A stretch of 64,000 nucleotides of DNA. Source: Gammaproteobacteria bacterium. GTDB lineage: Bacteria; Pseudomonadota; Gammaproteobacteria; Magnimaribacterales; TMED112. The stretch covers positions 17,992 to 81,991 of the forward strand of contig JBJLJD010000002.1 of the NCBI GenBank assembly GCA_045563435.1, read 5' to 3'. Under the pieces are notes generated by a model. That model was given only the letters and a program-made list of their open reading frames with translations. It was not told the DNA's origin and made no database searches. A program made the translations under genes and the position numbers. Below, piece after piece: positions 45,298 through 53,980 of this stretch; position 1 is the stretch's first letter; each line of letters opens with the position of its first letter.

Positions 45298-45834
45298 ATG
45301 ACAAATACAAATTTTCTAGCTTGGATAGATTTAGAAATGACAGGCTTAGATCCTGAAAAACATCATATTATTGAAATTGGAAGTCTGATTACTGATGGGA
45401 ATCTAAATATAGTTGAAGAAGGCCCAAATATTGCAATTTCTCAGCAACAAGATGTTCTCGATTTGATGGATGAGTGGAATGTGAACCAACATTCTAAAAC
45501 TGGATTGATTGAATTAATTAAAAAAAGTGAAGTAAACATAAAAGAAGCAGAACTTAAAACACTTGAATTTTTTAAAAAACATTTAAAGCAACATGCCTCA
45601 CCACTTTGTGGTAGTAGCATTTCCCATGATAGACGTTTCTTAATCAAATATATGCCAAAACTTGCAAACCATTTTCACTATAGACATATAGATGTGACAT
45701 CTTTTAAAGAGGCACTAAAAAGATGGAATAATGACTTTGTAGAGTATAAGAAAAAAGCATCTCATAGAGCAATGGATGATATAAGAGAATCTGTAGAAGA
45801 GCTTAGGTATTACAAAGAAAAATATATTAAGTAA
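45298..45834 (+). CDS. orn: Oligoribonuclease
   Basis: DEDD exonuclease motifs AWIDLEMTGLD and HRAMDDIRESV. Confidence 0.92.
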   Translation: MTNTNFLAWIDLEMTGLDPEKHHIIEIGSLITDGNLNIVEEGPNIAISQQQDVLDLMDEWNVNQHSKTGLIELIKKSEVNIKEAELKTLEFFKKHLKQHASPLCGSSISHDRRFLIKYMPKLANHFHYRHIDVTSFKEALKRWNNDFVEYKKKASHRAMDDIRESVEELRYYKEKYIK

Positions 45835-47419
45835 TTTCTTTACCTGGTTTAAGATAAATATTTTTTAAGATTGATCTAGTAAAAGATTTCTTCTTTACTG
45901 TATTTACTCCAATAAAAGATGCCAGTCCGAACTCCTTTCTAAGTTCCAAAGTTAAATAACCCCTGTTTCGAAAGTTTGTCCATACTAGATTTTTGTTTAC
46001 TTGAGTTATAGCAGCTTCAACAGGCCTTACATCAAGACCTTTAAATTCATCTGATCCACCAGGAGAGGAAACAGATGGTGTTCCAAATTCAACACCAACA
46101 AAATTATTTGTATTGTTTTTTACATTCGCAGCCCAACAATTATGAGTATCACCAGCAAGAAATACATTATTCGACGAATACTTCTTTAAAATATTTAAAA
46201 ATCTTTCTCTCTCGGCAGGGTAGCCGTCCCATGAGTCTGTATTGTAGGGTAAATTTAAATTATTAATGTATTTGAGATATTTTGAGTTCTCGGGTAGTTC
46301 ATTCAAGACAAATGATGGTAAGGGTGGTAAGACCACTTTTGATAATAGAACTTGTTGTCCAAAAAGGTTCCATGTACAATTTTTATTTGATTTTTGTTTA
46401 ACAAAATTAAGCTGTTCATTTCCAAGAAGGGAGCGACTTTTTTTATTGAGATCTTTTAAAAATGATTCTTTGTCAAAGTTCCCATCATTAATATATTCAG
46501 AGTACATAACTTGTTTATCTCTCGAGCTTAATCTTGTATCAAGTATAAGAAGATTAATTAAATTTCCAATTTTAAATTTTTCCCACCTGCGCTGTTTAAT
46601 AACTTTTTCTCTTACAGGCATCCACTCATAATAAGCTTGTAAGGCACTTTTTTTCCGAAAATAGAAATTACTCTCGTTTTTTTGATGATTTTCTGCACCA
46701 TTTTGCCATGCATCATTAGAAATTTCATGGTCATCCCAAATACATATCATAGGTCTGGATTGATGTAAGGCTTGAAGGTCTTCATCTGTTTTATATTGTG
46801 AATGTCTGAGCCTATATTCGTTTAGAGTTTTTACTTCATTCTCTGGAATGGGTATTCTTCCCAATTTATTTGCGTCTTCTGTAGCATATCCACCATCTTC
46901 ATACTCATAAATATAATCACCAAGGTGTATGTTTAGATCAATGCTTTTATCTTCTGCTGCATCTTTATATACGTTAAAAAAACCAGCAGGATGGTTAGAG
47001 CAGCTAAAAATGGCAATTTTATACTTTTCAATATCTTGTTGAGGCAAGGTATTAGTTATTCCAACTGGAGATATAACATCTTCACAAATGAAGCGATAAA
47101 AAAATTTTGTTCCTGGTTTATATTTTGAAAGATTTATATCAGCTTTGACTGTAAAGTCTTTTCTTTTGTTAGTAAAAACTAAACCATGTTCTAGAATAGA
47201 TTTAAAACTTTTTTGAAGCGATATCTGATATTTAATAGCTTTTGTGACATTAAATTTTTCAGGTGTTATTCTTGTCCAAATAACAACCTTTTTATCTGTT
47301 GGATCGCCACTTGCAACCCCATGTAAAAATTTTACTTTGTTAATCTTCTTTTGAAATGCAGCTAAAGCTGGTACGAAGAATAAAAGAGATAATGATTTAA
47401 GAAATGATCTTCTGTTCAT
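45827..47419 (-). CDS. phoD: Alkaline phosphatase D (PhoD family) with a Tat signal peptide
   Basis: N-terminal MNRRSFLKSLSL (consensus RRxFLK). Metallophosphatase motifs (HLGDYIYE, WDDHE). Confidence 0.85.
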   Translation of the reverse strand: MNRRSFLKSLSLLFFVPALAAFQKKINKVKFLHGVASGDPTDKKVVIWTRITPEKFNVTKAIKYQISLQKSFKSILEHGLVFTNKRKDFTVKADINLSKYKPGTKFFYRFICEDVISPVGITNTLPQQDIEKYKIAIFSCSNHPAGFFNVYKDAAEDKSIDLNIHLGDYIYEYEDGGYATEDANKLGRIPIPENEVKTLNEYRLRHSQYKTDEDLQALHQSRPMICIWDDHEISNDAWQNGAENHQKNESNFYFRKKSALQAYYEWMPVREKVIKQRRWEKFKIGNLINLLILDTRLSSRDKQVMYSEYINDGNFDKESFLKDLNKKSRSLLGNEQLNFVKQKSNKNCTWNLFGQQVLLSKVVLPPLPSFVLNELPENSKYLKYINNLNLPYNTDSWDGYPAERERFLNILKKYSSNNVFLAGDTHNCWAANVKNNTNNFVGVEFGTPSVSSPGGSDEFKGLDVRPVEAAITQVNKNLVWTNFRNRGYLTLELRKEFGLASFIGVNTVKKKSFTRSILKNIYLKPGKEIT

Positions 47420-47430
47420 ATTCTAAATTT

Positions 47431-47754
47431 TTATTTTGTTTTATCAGGCATAATATTTATAGGGAATTGAGCTAGATTATTTGAATCAGCCTTAGAAATT
47501 TTCGACTTACCTATTTCATTAACAATATCAATTCTAACAATCGAATTAATAGGTAAAAGAGTTTTTTGCACATCTAAAAACTCAGCTTTTAACTTTTCTT
47601 CAGACGTATCTACGACTAAATTATTTTTCGTATCAAAAATATACCCATCAATTTCAAGAAAAGCGTAAAAATCGCTTTGGTATATATTTTTTGCGTAAAT
47701 TTCGTATACTTCTCCAACTTGAAAAAATTTAATTTTGTAAATTTTTTGTTTCAC
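47431..47754 (-). CDS. DUF1820-like small protein, divergent from miaB
   Basis: YKIKFFQVGEVYEIYAKNIYQSDFYAFLEI...VVDTSEEKLKAEF...IVRID resembles the family found upstream of miaB in Pseudomonas-type genomes (from memory). Confidence 0.5.
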   Translation of the reverse strand: MKQKIYKIKFFQVGEVYEIYAKNIYQSDFYAFLEIDGYIFDTKNNLVVDTSEEKLKAEFLDVQKTLLPINSIVRIDIVNEIGKSKISKADSNNLAQFPINIMPDKTK

Positions 47755-47766
47755 TATAATAAGAAT

Positions 47767-49092
47767 ATGCCAAAAAAATTATACATCAAAACACATGGCT
47801 GTCAGATGAATGAGTACGATTCAGAAAAGATGGCAAAGATTCTTAAACATGAAGAAAATTTTGAGCTTACAAGTTCAGAGCATGAGGCAGATCTTATTAT
47901 TTTAAATACTTGTTCCATTCGTGAGAAAGCACAAGAGAGAGTATTTCATCAAATTGGTAGATGGAGAAAAATTAAAGATAAAAAGCCAGATCTTAAAATA
48001 GCAATTGGTGGATGTGTTGCATCACAAGAGGGTGAAAAAATTATGAAAAGAGCACCAGAGGTTGATATTGTTTTTGGCCCCCAATCGCTCCATCGCTTAC
48101 CAGAACTTTACAAAAAAAAACAAAAAGTTAAAAAAGCACAAATTGATATATCTTTTCCAAAACTAGAAAAATTTTCTCATATGCCTGCTCCTGATAAAGG
48201 AGAACCATCATCTTTTGTCTCAATAATGGAAGGGTGTAATAAATATTGCTCTTTCTGTGTGGTACCTATGACAAGAGGGCATGAAGTATCAAGAACTGTT
48301 GAGGACATTCTTAAAGAAGTAAAGATATTGTCTGAAAAGGGAACAGCAGAAATTCATTATTTAGGTCAAAATGTGAATAACTTTAAAGGAACATATAAAG
48401 GTGAAATTTCTTCACTTGCACAGCTTATTGAATTAACTGGAAAAATTGATGGTATAGAGAGAATTCGATTTACAACTAGTCATCCACATGAATTTAAAGA
48501 TGACCTCGTTGAGGCTTATGCAAATGTTCCTGAATTGGTAAGTCATGTTCATCTTCCAATTCAAAGTGGCTCCGATCGAATTCTCAAGCTTATGAGGAGA
48601 AGATACGATACTAACAAGTACTTAAAATTAATAGAAAAAATTAAAAAAATAAGACCAGATATGAGTTTCTCTTCAGATTTTATTGTTGGCTTTCCTGGAG
48701 AAACTGAAGAAGATTTTCAGGCCACTATGGATATAGTTGAAAAAGTAAAATTTGATGCATCATACAGTTTTATATACAGTCAAAGACCAAATACGCCTGC
48801 ATCTCAAATGGAAGATGATGTGTCAGAAAAAGTTAAGAAAGATAGGCTAGATCTGTTGCAAGACAGGTTAAATCAAATAGCTTTTGGTTATAGTAGAAAG
48901 CTAGTAGGAACAGTACAGAATTGTTTAGTTATGGGTTTATCTAAAAAAGATCCAGGTCAGCTTCAAGCAAGAACAATTTGCGACAGAGTGGTAAATTTTC
49001 AGGCAGATGACTATGATTTAATTGGACAATTAGTTAATATTCAGATAAATGAAGCATTGCCTAACTCACTTAGAGGCGTTTTAAATAATTAA
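47767..49092 (+). CDS. miaB: tRNA-i6A37 methylthiotransferase MiaB
   Basis: N-terminal THGCQMNEYDS and radical-SAM CNKYCSFCVVP. The start is set at ATG 47767 (MPKKLYIKTHGC), because the track start at 47677 would overlap the divergent gene. Confidence 0.93.
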   Translation: MPKKLYIKTHGCQMNEYDSEKMAKILKHEENFELTSSEHEADLIILNTCSIREKAQERVFHQIGRWRKIKDKKPDLKIAIGGCVASQEGEKIMKRAPEVDIVFGPQSLHRLPELYKKKQKVKKAQIDISFPKLEKFSHMPAPDKGEPSSFVSIMEGCNKYCSFCVVPMTRGHEVSRTVEDILKEVKILSEKGTAEIHYLGQNVNNFKGTYKGEISSLAQLIELTGKIDGIERIRFTTSHPHEFKDDLVEAYANVPELVSHVHLPIQSGSDRILKLMRRRYDTNKYLKLIEKIKKIRPDMSFSSDFIVGFPGETEEDFQATMDIVEKVKFDASYSFIYSQRPNTPASQMEDDVSEKVKKDRLDLLQDRLNQIAFGYSRKLVGTVQNCLVMGLSKKDPGQLQARTICDRVVNFQADDYDLIGQLVNIQINEALPNSLRGVLNN

Positions 49093-49096
49093 ATAC

Positions 49097-50044
49097 TTGT
49101 ACAGTCAGCAACTAAACTTTTCAAACCTCACTCCAGACAGATTAATTCTGCTTTGCGGAGAATTTAATAAAAATCTAAAACAGATTGAGAAAGCTCTACG
49201 TATTAAAGTTCTTCAAAATGGGACAGAATTTGAATTAAAAGGAAAAAAAGAAGATGTTGGTATAGGAGTTTCTGCATTATTTAGTCTGAAAGAAAAACTA
49301 GAAACTAATTCAATAATAACTCCAGATGTTGTCCACTTAAGTTTACATTCAGCAAAATTTGAAGATAAAGAGAATGAAGAATCAAACTCATCAAAAATAA
49401 AAACTCCACGTACACTTGTATCACCAAGAGGAAAAAATCAAATTGCATATCTAGATAATATAAAAAATAGCGATTTAACTTTTGGGATAGGTCCATCAGG
49501 TACAGGGAAAACTTTTTTAGCAGTTGCATGTGCAGTAGACGATTTAATAAAAGAAAAAATAAGAAAAATTGTTTTAGTTAGGCCAGCCGTTGAGGCTGGA
49601 GAGAAACTTGGCTTTCTGCCAGGAGACTTATCATCAAAAATTGACCCATACCTTAGACCCCTATACGATGCCTTACATGACATGTTAGGAGCTGAAAGAG
49701 TAACCAGATTAGTTGAAAGGGATGTTATAGAGATAGCTCCTCTTGCCTACATGAGGGGCCGAACATTAAGAGAAGCTTTTATAATTATGGATGAAGGTCA
49801 GAATACAACTATAGAGCAGATGAAAATGTTTCTTACAAGGTTAGGTTTTGGATCTAAAGCTGTTGTTAACGGGGATTTAAGTCAAATTGACTTACCTAAA
49901 AATATTACATCTGGCCTTAAGCACTCAATTGAAGTTTTAAAGAATGTTGATTCAATAAAATTTACTAAATTTGGCGCCAAGGATGTTGTAAGGCACTCTT
50001 TAGTTCAAGAAATTGTACAAGCTTATGATAATTTCGAAGAATAA
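49097..50044 (+). CDS. ybeZ: PhoH-like ATPase YbeZ
   Basis: Walker A GPSGTGKTFLAV. miaB-ybeZ-ybeY-corC-lnt order. Confidence 0.9.
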   Translation: MYSQQLNFSNLTPDRLILLCGEFNKNLKQIEKALRIKVLQNGTEFELKGKKEDVGIGVSALFSLKEKLETNSIITPDVVHLSLHSAKFEDKENEESNSSKIKTPRTLVSPRGKNQIAYLDNIKNSDLTFGIGPSGTGKTFLAVACAVDDLIKEKIRKIVLVRPAVEAGEKLGFLPGDLSSKIDPYLRPLYDALHDMLGAERVTRLVERDVIEIAPLAYMRGRTLREAFIIMDEGQNTTIEQMKMFLTRLGFGSKAVVNGDLSQIDLPKNITSGLKHSIEVLKNVDSIKFTKFGAKDVVRHSLVQEIVQAYDNFEE

Positions 50045-50489
50045 TTTAAAATTCGAAATTTTTAATTTACCGACAAAATTTAACAATCATAAGAAAGCTA
50101 TTACTCAAGCAATTGAATTATTTACCGCTTTTTTTGATATAAATAAATTAAATGTTGAATTAAGTTTTTGTTCTCTAGAGGATATTCAAAAAATTAACTA
50201 TAAATTTAGGAAAATAAATAAACCAACAAATGTACTTTCTTTTCCAAGTGAGAAGTTAGATCAGATAGATAAAAATTGTGAGGGAGAAATACTTATTTGT
50301 AATGATTTATTATTAGAAGAGTCACTTGCCCAAAATAAAAATCATATAGATCATTTTTTACATCTACTGGTACACTCACTTCTCCATCTTAAAGGCTATG
50401 GGCATGATAATGAAAATGATGCTATATTAATGGAAGAAAAAGAAATTGAGTTTTTATCACAAATTGGAATATCTAATCCCTATAAATAA
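50013..50489 (+). CDS. ybeY: Endoribonuclease YbeY (rRNA maturation)
   Basis: Zn motif HSLLHLKGYGH. The start is uncertain (50013 or ATG 50025). Confidence 0.88.
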   Translation: MYKLMIISKNNLKFEIFNLPTKFNNHKKAITQAIELFTAFFDINKLNVELSFCSLEDIQKINYKFRKINKPTNVLSFPSEKLDQIDKNCEGEILICNDLLLEESLAQNKNHIDHFLHLLVHSLLHLKGYGHDNENDAILMEEKEIEFLSQIGISNPYK

Positions 50490-51286
50490 TGTCTGAAGAG
50501 CCCTCGCAGAGAAGTTTTTTATCTTTTTTCTCGAATTTGTTTTCTAAAGAAAAAAATAATTCTAATAAAACAATAGAAACTCCGGATGATGAGCAGATCG
50601 AGGAGCTTATACAAAATGTATTAAAAATTAAAGATGCAATAGTTAGAGAAATTATGATTCCTAAAGTAAATATCTCTTATATAAATGAGGATAGTGACAT
50701 GCAGGAAGTTTATAAAACTATAAAAGATACAAGGCACTCGAGATATCCCGTTTTTGATAAGTCTTCAGAAAAAGCTGTAGGGATACTTCATGTAAAAGAT
50801 TTAATAGATGAAGAAATAAGTGATAAAAATTTTAAGATTGAAGGCTTATTAAGAGAGGTCAAATATGTTCCTGAGACACAATCAGTTACATCTCTTCTTG
50901 AAGATTTTAAAAAAGATAGAGCTCATCTTGCAATGGTTTTAGATGAATATGGAATGTTGGCAGGACTTATTACTATTGAAGATATTCTTGAAGAAATTGT
51001 TGGTGAAATTGAGGATGAGTTTTACGAAGAAAAAACAGATGAAATCATTAAAATAAATCAGGATGAGTTTATAGTATCTGCAACTTTAGATATAGAAAAA
51101 TTTGAAGAATTTTTTGAAATTAACTTAAATTCTGAAGAGGTAGAATCTATTGGAGGTTTTGCTTTGAAGAAATTTGGACATCTTCCAAAAGTAGGTGAAA
51201 GTTTCGAAGATTATGATCTTCGATTCACTGTAACATCTGCGGATCAACGAAAAATAAAAAAAATAACAGTTCGAAAAATTGATTAA
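50489..51286 (+). CDS. corC: CBS-pair / CorC_HlyC domain protein (Mg/Co efflux-associated CorC)
   Basis: Position after ybeY. Tandem CBS-like segments followed by a C-terminal transporter-associated-like domain. Confidence 0.82.
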   Translation: MSEEPSQRSFLSFFSNLFSKEKNNSNKTIETPDDEQIEELIQNVLKIKDAIVREIMIPKVNISYINEDSDMQEVYKTIKDTRHSRYPVFDKSSEKAVGILHVKDLIDEEISDKNFKIEGLLREVKYVPETQSVTSLLEDFKKDRAHLAMVLDEYGMLAGLITIEDILEEIVGEIEDEFYEEKTDEIIKINQDEFIVSATLDIEKFEEFFEINLNSEEVESIGGFALKKFGHLPKVGESFEDYDLRFTVTSADQRKIKKITVRKID

Positions 51287-52535
51287 AGCATTTTTTCGAG
51301 GTCTAGTAATTGGTTTAATATTTTGGTCTATTTCAATAAATTGGATTTTTGATGCAATTAATTTTTATGGAGCAGGTTATTTTTTAAGTTTTTGTATTAC
51401 CGCTCTTTTAATTTTTTATCTTTCTCTTTATTTTGGCTTTTTTACTTTTTTAATAAAATTTTTTGAAGGGAATAAATTTTTTGTATTACTGATACCATCT
51501 TTAATATTTATTTTGGAATGGATTCGTTCCTGGATGATATCAGGGTTTCCATGGCTAAATATTGGGATTTTTTCAGTTCCTATTAATTTCACAGGATATC
51601 TTCCTTTAATAGGTGTTTCTGGAACATCATTTATTTTTGGCCTAATAATTGTCTTAGCTTTAAAAATTAGTATTTTGAGAATTGGAAGTATATTTTTGTT
51701 ATTACTAGTTGGTTTTTTAAGTCCTAATAAGAATTTATTTCTTGATGAAGATTCTAAACAATTAAAAATTGCAGTTGTTCAGCCAGTTGAAAATAACTAC
51801 AAAATATTAAACAACCTTACTTCGCAGGCAAAAAATGATGGAGCCGAGGTAATAATATGGCCCGAGGCCGTAAGCAGTTATCAAAATTTTCAAGCAAGAA
51901 CAGAATTTGCGGATATTGATATTATTGGTGGTTTCTTTATTCAACAGGATGAAAAAATTTTTACCTCAATTGTTAATACTTCAACGAATGACAGATATGA
52001 TAAAAGAAACTTAGTACCTTTTGGAGAATTTCAGCCTTTTGATAATTTATTAAAAAACTTCAATGAATTTTTTAATATCCCTAACTCATCATTAACAAGA
52101 GGAGAAAAATCGCAAAAAAAGGTTTTTATTCAACAAGTTCCCTTTTCTGGGTTAATTTGTTGGGAATTATCTTTTAATGATACTTTTGTTGATAGAACTA
52201 GGAATACTGCATTTATCATTCATATAAGTAATGACAGCTGGTACGGAAAATATATGCCAGCACAACATTTACTTCATGCAAAAGCACGTGCAATTGAGTC
52301 TCAAAAATGGGTCGTTAGATCTACTACAGATGGTATTTCAGAGATTATTTCACCTTATAATCAGATAAAATTATCAGAAAGCATTCCAAAAGGCATAAGG
52401 GGTTTTAAAACAGAAACTATCTCTACTAATATGAAAAATACACCATATCTAATTTTTGGAGATTATCCATTACTAATCTTCTCATTTATTATTATCCTAT
52501 TGGCCTTAATTTATAAAAAAAGAAATGAAAAATAA
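51279..52535 (+). CDS. lnt: Apolipoprotein N-acyltransferase (short, 418 aa)
   Basis: Polytopic N-terminal half followed by a nitrilase-fold half with IIWPE and catalytic Cys context GLICWE. Confidence 0.85.
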   Translation: MIKAFFRGLVIGLIFWSISINWIFDAINFYGAGYFLSFCITALLIFYLSLYFGFFTFLIKFFEGNKFFVLLIPSLIFILEWIRSWMISGFPWLNIGIFSVPINFTGYLPLIGVSGTSFIFGLIIVLALKISILRIGSIFLLLLVGFLSPNKNLFLDEDSKQLKIAVVQPVENNYKILNNLTSQAKNDGAEVIIWPEAVSSYQNFQARTEFADIDIIGGFFIQQDEKIFTSIVNTSTNDRYDKRNLVPFGEFQPFDNLLKNFNEFFNIPNSSLTRGEKSQKKVFIQQVPFSGLICWELSFNDTFVDRTRNTAFIIHISNDSWYGKYMPAQHLLHAKARAIESQKWVVRSTTDGISEIISPYNQIKLSESIPKGIRGFKTETISTNMKNTPYLIFGDYPLLIFSFIIILLALIYKKRNEK

Positions 52536-53055
52536 TATTTTAGTTTTATTAATCATGTCTTTCCTGATGAAATCCATAGAGATTGAAATTTCTATTTCAC
52601 AGCAAAAATTATTTTTGCTTGATAACAAATCTGTTATAAAAACCTATTTAATATCTTCTTCAAAGTACGGAGAGGGTTCAAAAGTTAACTCGTTTAAAAC
52701 GCCACTTGGTAAACATGTTCTCAAAAGAAAAATAGGAAATGACATGCCATTAGGAGCAAGATTTATTGGAAGGAGCTTTTCAGGAGAAATTTATCCTATA
52801 TATGATACTGATCAGGTGCTTGTGGAAGATGATGTGGTTCAGTCAAGGATCCTATGGCTTGATGGATTAGAAGATGGGATCAATAAAGGTGAGGGTGTAG
52901 ATTCTTATAGCAGATATATTTACATACATGGAACACCAGAAGAATGGCTGTTAGGAGCAAAAGCTTCAAAAGGCTGCATAAGAATGTCAAATAAAGATGT
53001 CATTGAGTTATTTAACCTCGTGGAAGAGGGAGTACTAGTAACAATCAATAAATAG
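52525..53055 (+). CDS. L,D-transpeptidase (YkuD domain)
   Basis: YIHGT ... SKGCIRM catalytic signature. N-terminal signal or anchor. Confidence 0.85.
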   Translation: MKNNILVLLIMSFLMKSIEIEISISQQKLFLLDNKSVIKTYLISSSKYGEGSKVNSFKTPLGKHVLKRKIGNDMPLGARFIGRSFSGEIYPIYDTDQVLVEDDVVQSRILWLDGLEDGINKGEGVDSYSRYIYIHGTPEEWLLGAKASKGCIRMSNKDVIELFNLVEEGVLVTINK

Positions 53056-53097
53056 CTATTATTTTATAAAATAAGCATCATTTATTCATAATAAATA

Positions 53098-53125
53098 TTG
53101 ATATTACATAATAAATATGTATTAT
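53098..53125 (+). promoter_or_regulatory. Candidate sigma70 promoter for the structured RNA
   Basis: TTGATA (53098-53103), 16 nt, TATTAT (53120-53125). A 12-bp direct repeat CATAATAAATAT (53087-53098 and 53107-53118) brackets the -35 box. AT-rich background makes chance hexamers likely. Confidence 0.35.
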
Positions 53126-53130
53126 ATTAG

Positions 53131-53194
53131 ATAAGTCAGTCTCTCCTCTCCCCCAAAGACTGACGAACTCGGGGCTTCGGCCCCAAACTTTTTT
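53131..53194 (+). ncRNA. Candidate small RNA or attenuator leader (~64 nt): hairpin with a pyrimidine-rich loop, then a UUCG-tetraloop terminator
   Basis: GTCAGTCT (53135-53142) pairs with AGACTGAC (53157-53164) around the loop CTCCTCTCCCCCAA. GGGGC-TTCG-GCCCC follows at 53171-53184, then AAAC and TTTTTT (53189-53194). It is a conspicuous GC-rich island in a very AT-rich spacer. Confidence 0.5.
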
Positions 53195-53198
53195 AGAA

Positions 53199-53306
53199 AT
53201 GAAAGAATATATGTATAACTTATTCTCTTTTTGCAAAGAATATCCTGTTTGGGCTGCAGTATTTTTTTCATTTGGTTATTTAATTGGAGAGATTTACGTA
53301 GTCTAA
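53199..53306 (+). CDS. Hypothetical 35-aa membrane peptide (mini-ORF a)
   Basis: Hand translation: MKEYMYNLFSFCKEYPVWAAVFFSFGYLIGEIYVV. Hydrophobic C-terminal half. No obvious Shine-Dalgarno sequence. Confidence 0.3.
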   Translation: MKEYMYNLFSFCKEYPVWAAVFFSFGYLIGEIYVV

Positions 53307-53307
53307 T

Positions 53308-53409
53308 ATGGAAAAATATTTTAACAATATAATTAATAAGTTTTCAGACTCCATAGAGTTAGCTACTTTATGTCTAATTTTTGTAGTTTTAATTGTAGGC
53401 ATTTCTTAA
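53308..53409 (+). CDS. Hypothetical 33-aa membrane peptide (mini-ORF b)
   Basis: Hand translation: MEKYFNNIINKFSDSIELATLCLIFVVLIVGIS. It starts 1 nt after the mini-ORF a stop (TAA-T-ATG). C-terminal TM-like segment. Confidence 0.3.
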   Translation: MEKYFNNIINKFSDSIELATLCLIFVVLIVGIS

Positions 53410-53440
53410 ATACTTCTGTATACTTTTTTCGGTGTGAAAT

Positions 53441-53980
53441 ATGAAATTTAAAATCATAGTTACAATCTTTTTATATCTTTTTTCAAACAGTGTCCTTTCT
53501 GAGTGTGACGGTTTGCTAGATGAGAAAGTAAAAATTCTAAATGAAACAAAATATCAAAATCTTTGTGAGTATTCTGGCAAAACTATCCTTGTAGTTAACA
53601 CCGCAAGTAAATGTGGGTTTACTTACCAATACGAAGAACTTGAAGAGTTACAAAGACGGTTTTCAAAAGATGAATTCACTGTTTTAGGGTTCCCATCAAG
53701 AAATTTTCTTTATCAAGAATTTACCGATGAAGAAGAAGTTGCAGAGTTCTGTAAATCGACCTTTGATGTAACATTTCCTCTTTTCTCAATCACTAATGTT
53801 AATGCAGCAAATACACATCCTTTCTTTGAAAAGTTATTTAAAATTACACAAAAAAGACCTACTTGGAATTTTCACAAGTATTTAATTACTAGCAAAGGAG
53901 AAGTAAAAAGTTTTTCTCATAGAATGAATCCTTCCGATCCGCAAATAGTTGAAGCAATTCAGCAATCTATAGACTCATAA
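53441..53980 (+). CDS. Glutathione peroxidase (Cys type), with a signal peptide
   Basis: VVNTASKCGFT active site, LGFPSRNF, and WNFHKYL motifs. N-terminal MKFKIIVTIFLYLFSNSVLS. Confidence 0.9.
   Translation: MKFKIIVTIFLYLFSNSVLSECDGLLDEKVKILNETKYQNLCEYSGKTILVVNTASKCGFTYQYEELEELQRRFSKDEFTVLGFPSRNFLYQEFTDEEEVAEFCKSTFDVTFPLFSITNVNAANTHPFFEKLFKITQKRPTWNFHKYLITSKGEVKSFSHRMNPSDPQIVEAIQQSIDS

Noticed and set aside
49097-50044. A PhoH-like ATPase, which could suggest a phage auxiliary gene or a phosphate-starvation island. The PhoD phosphatase is also nearby at 45827-47419.
   Set aside because: It is the housekeeping ybeZ in the universal miaB-ybeZ-ybeY-corC-lnt operon. PhoD is a separate convergent gene with an ordinary Tat signal, so there is no island structure.
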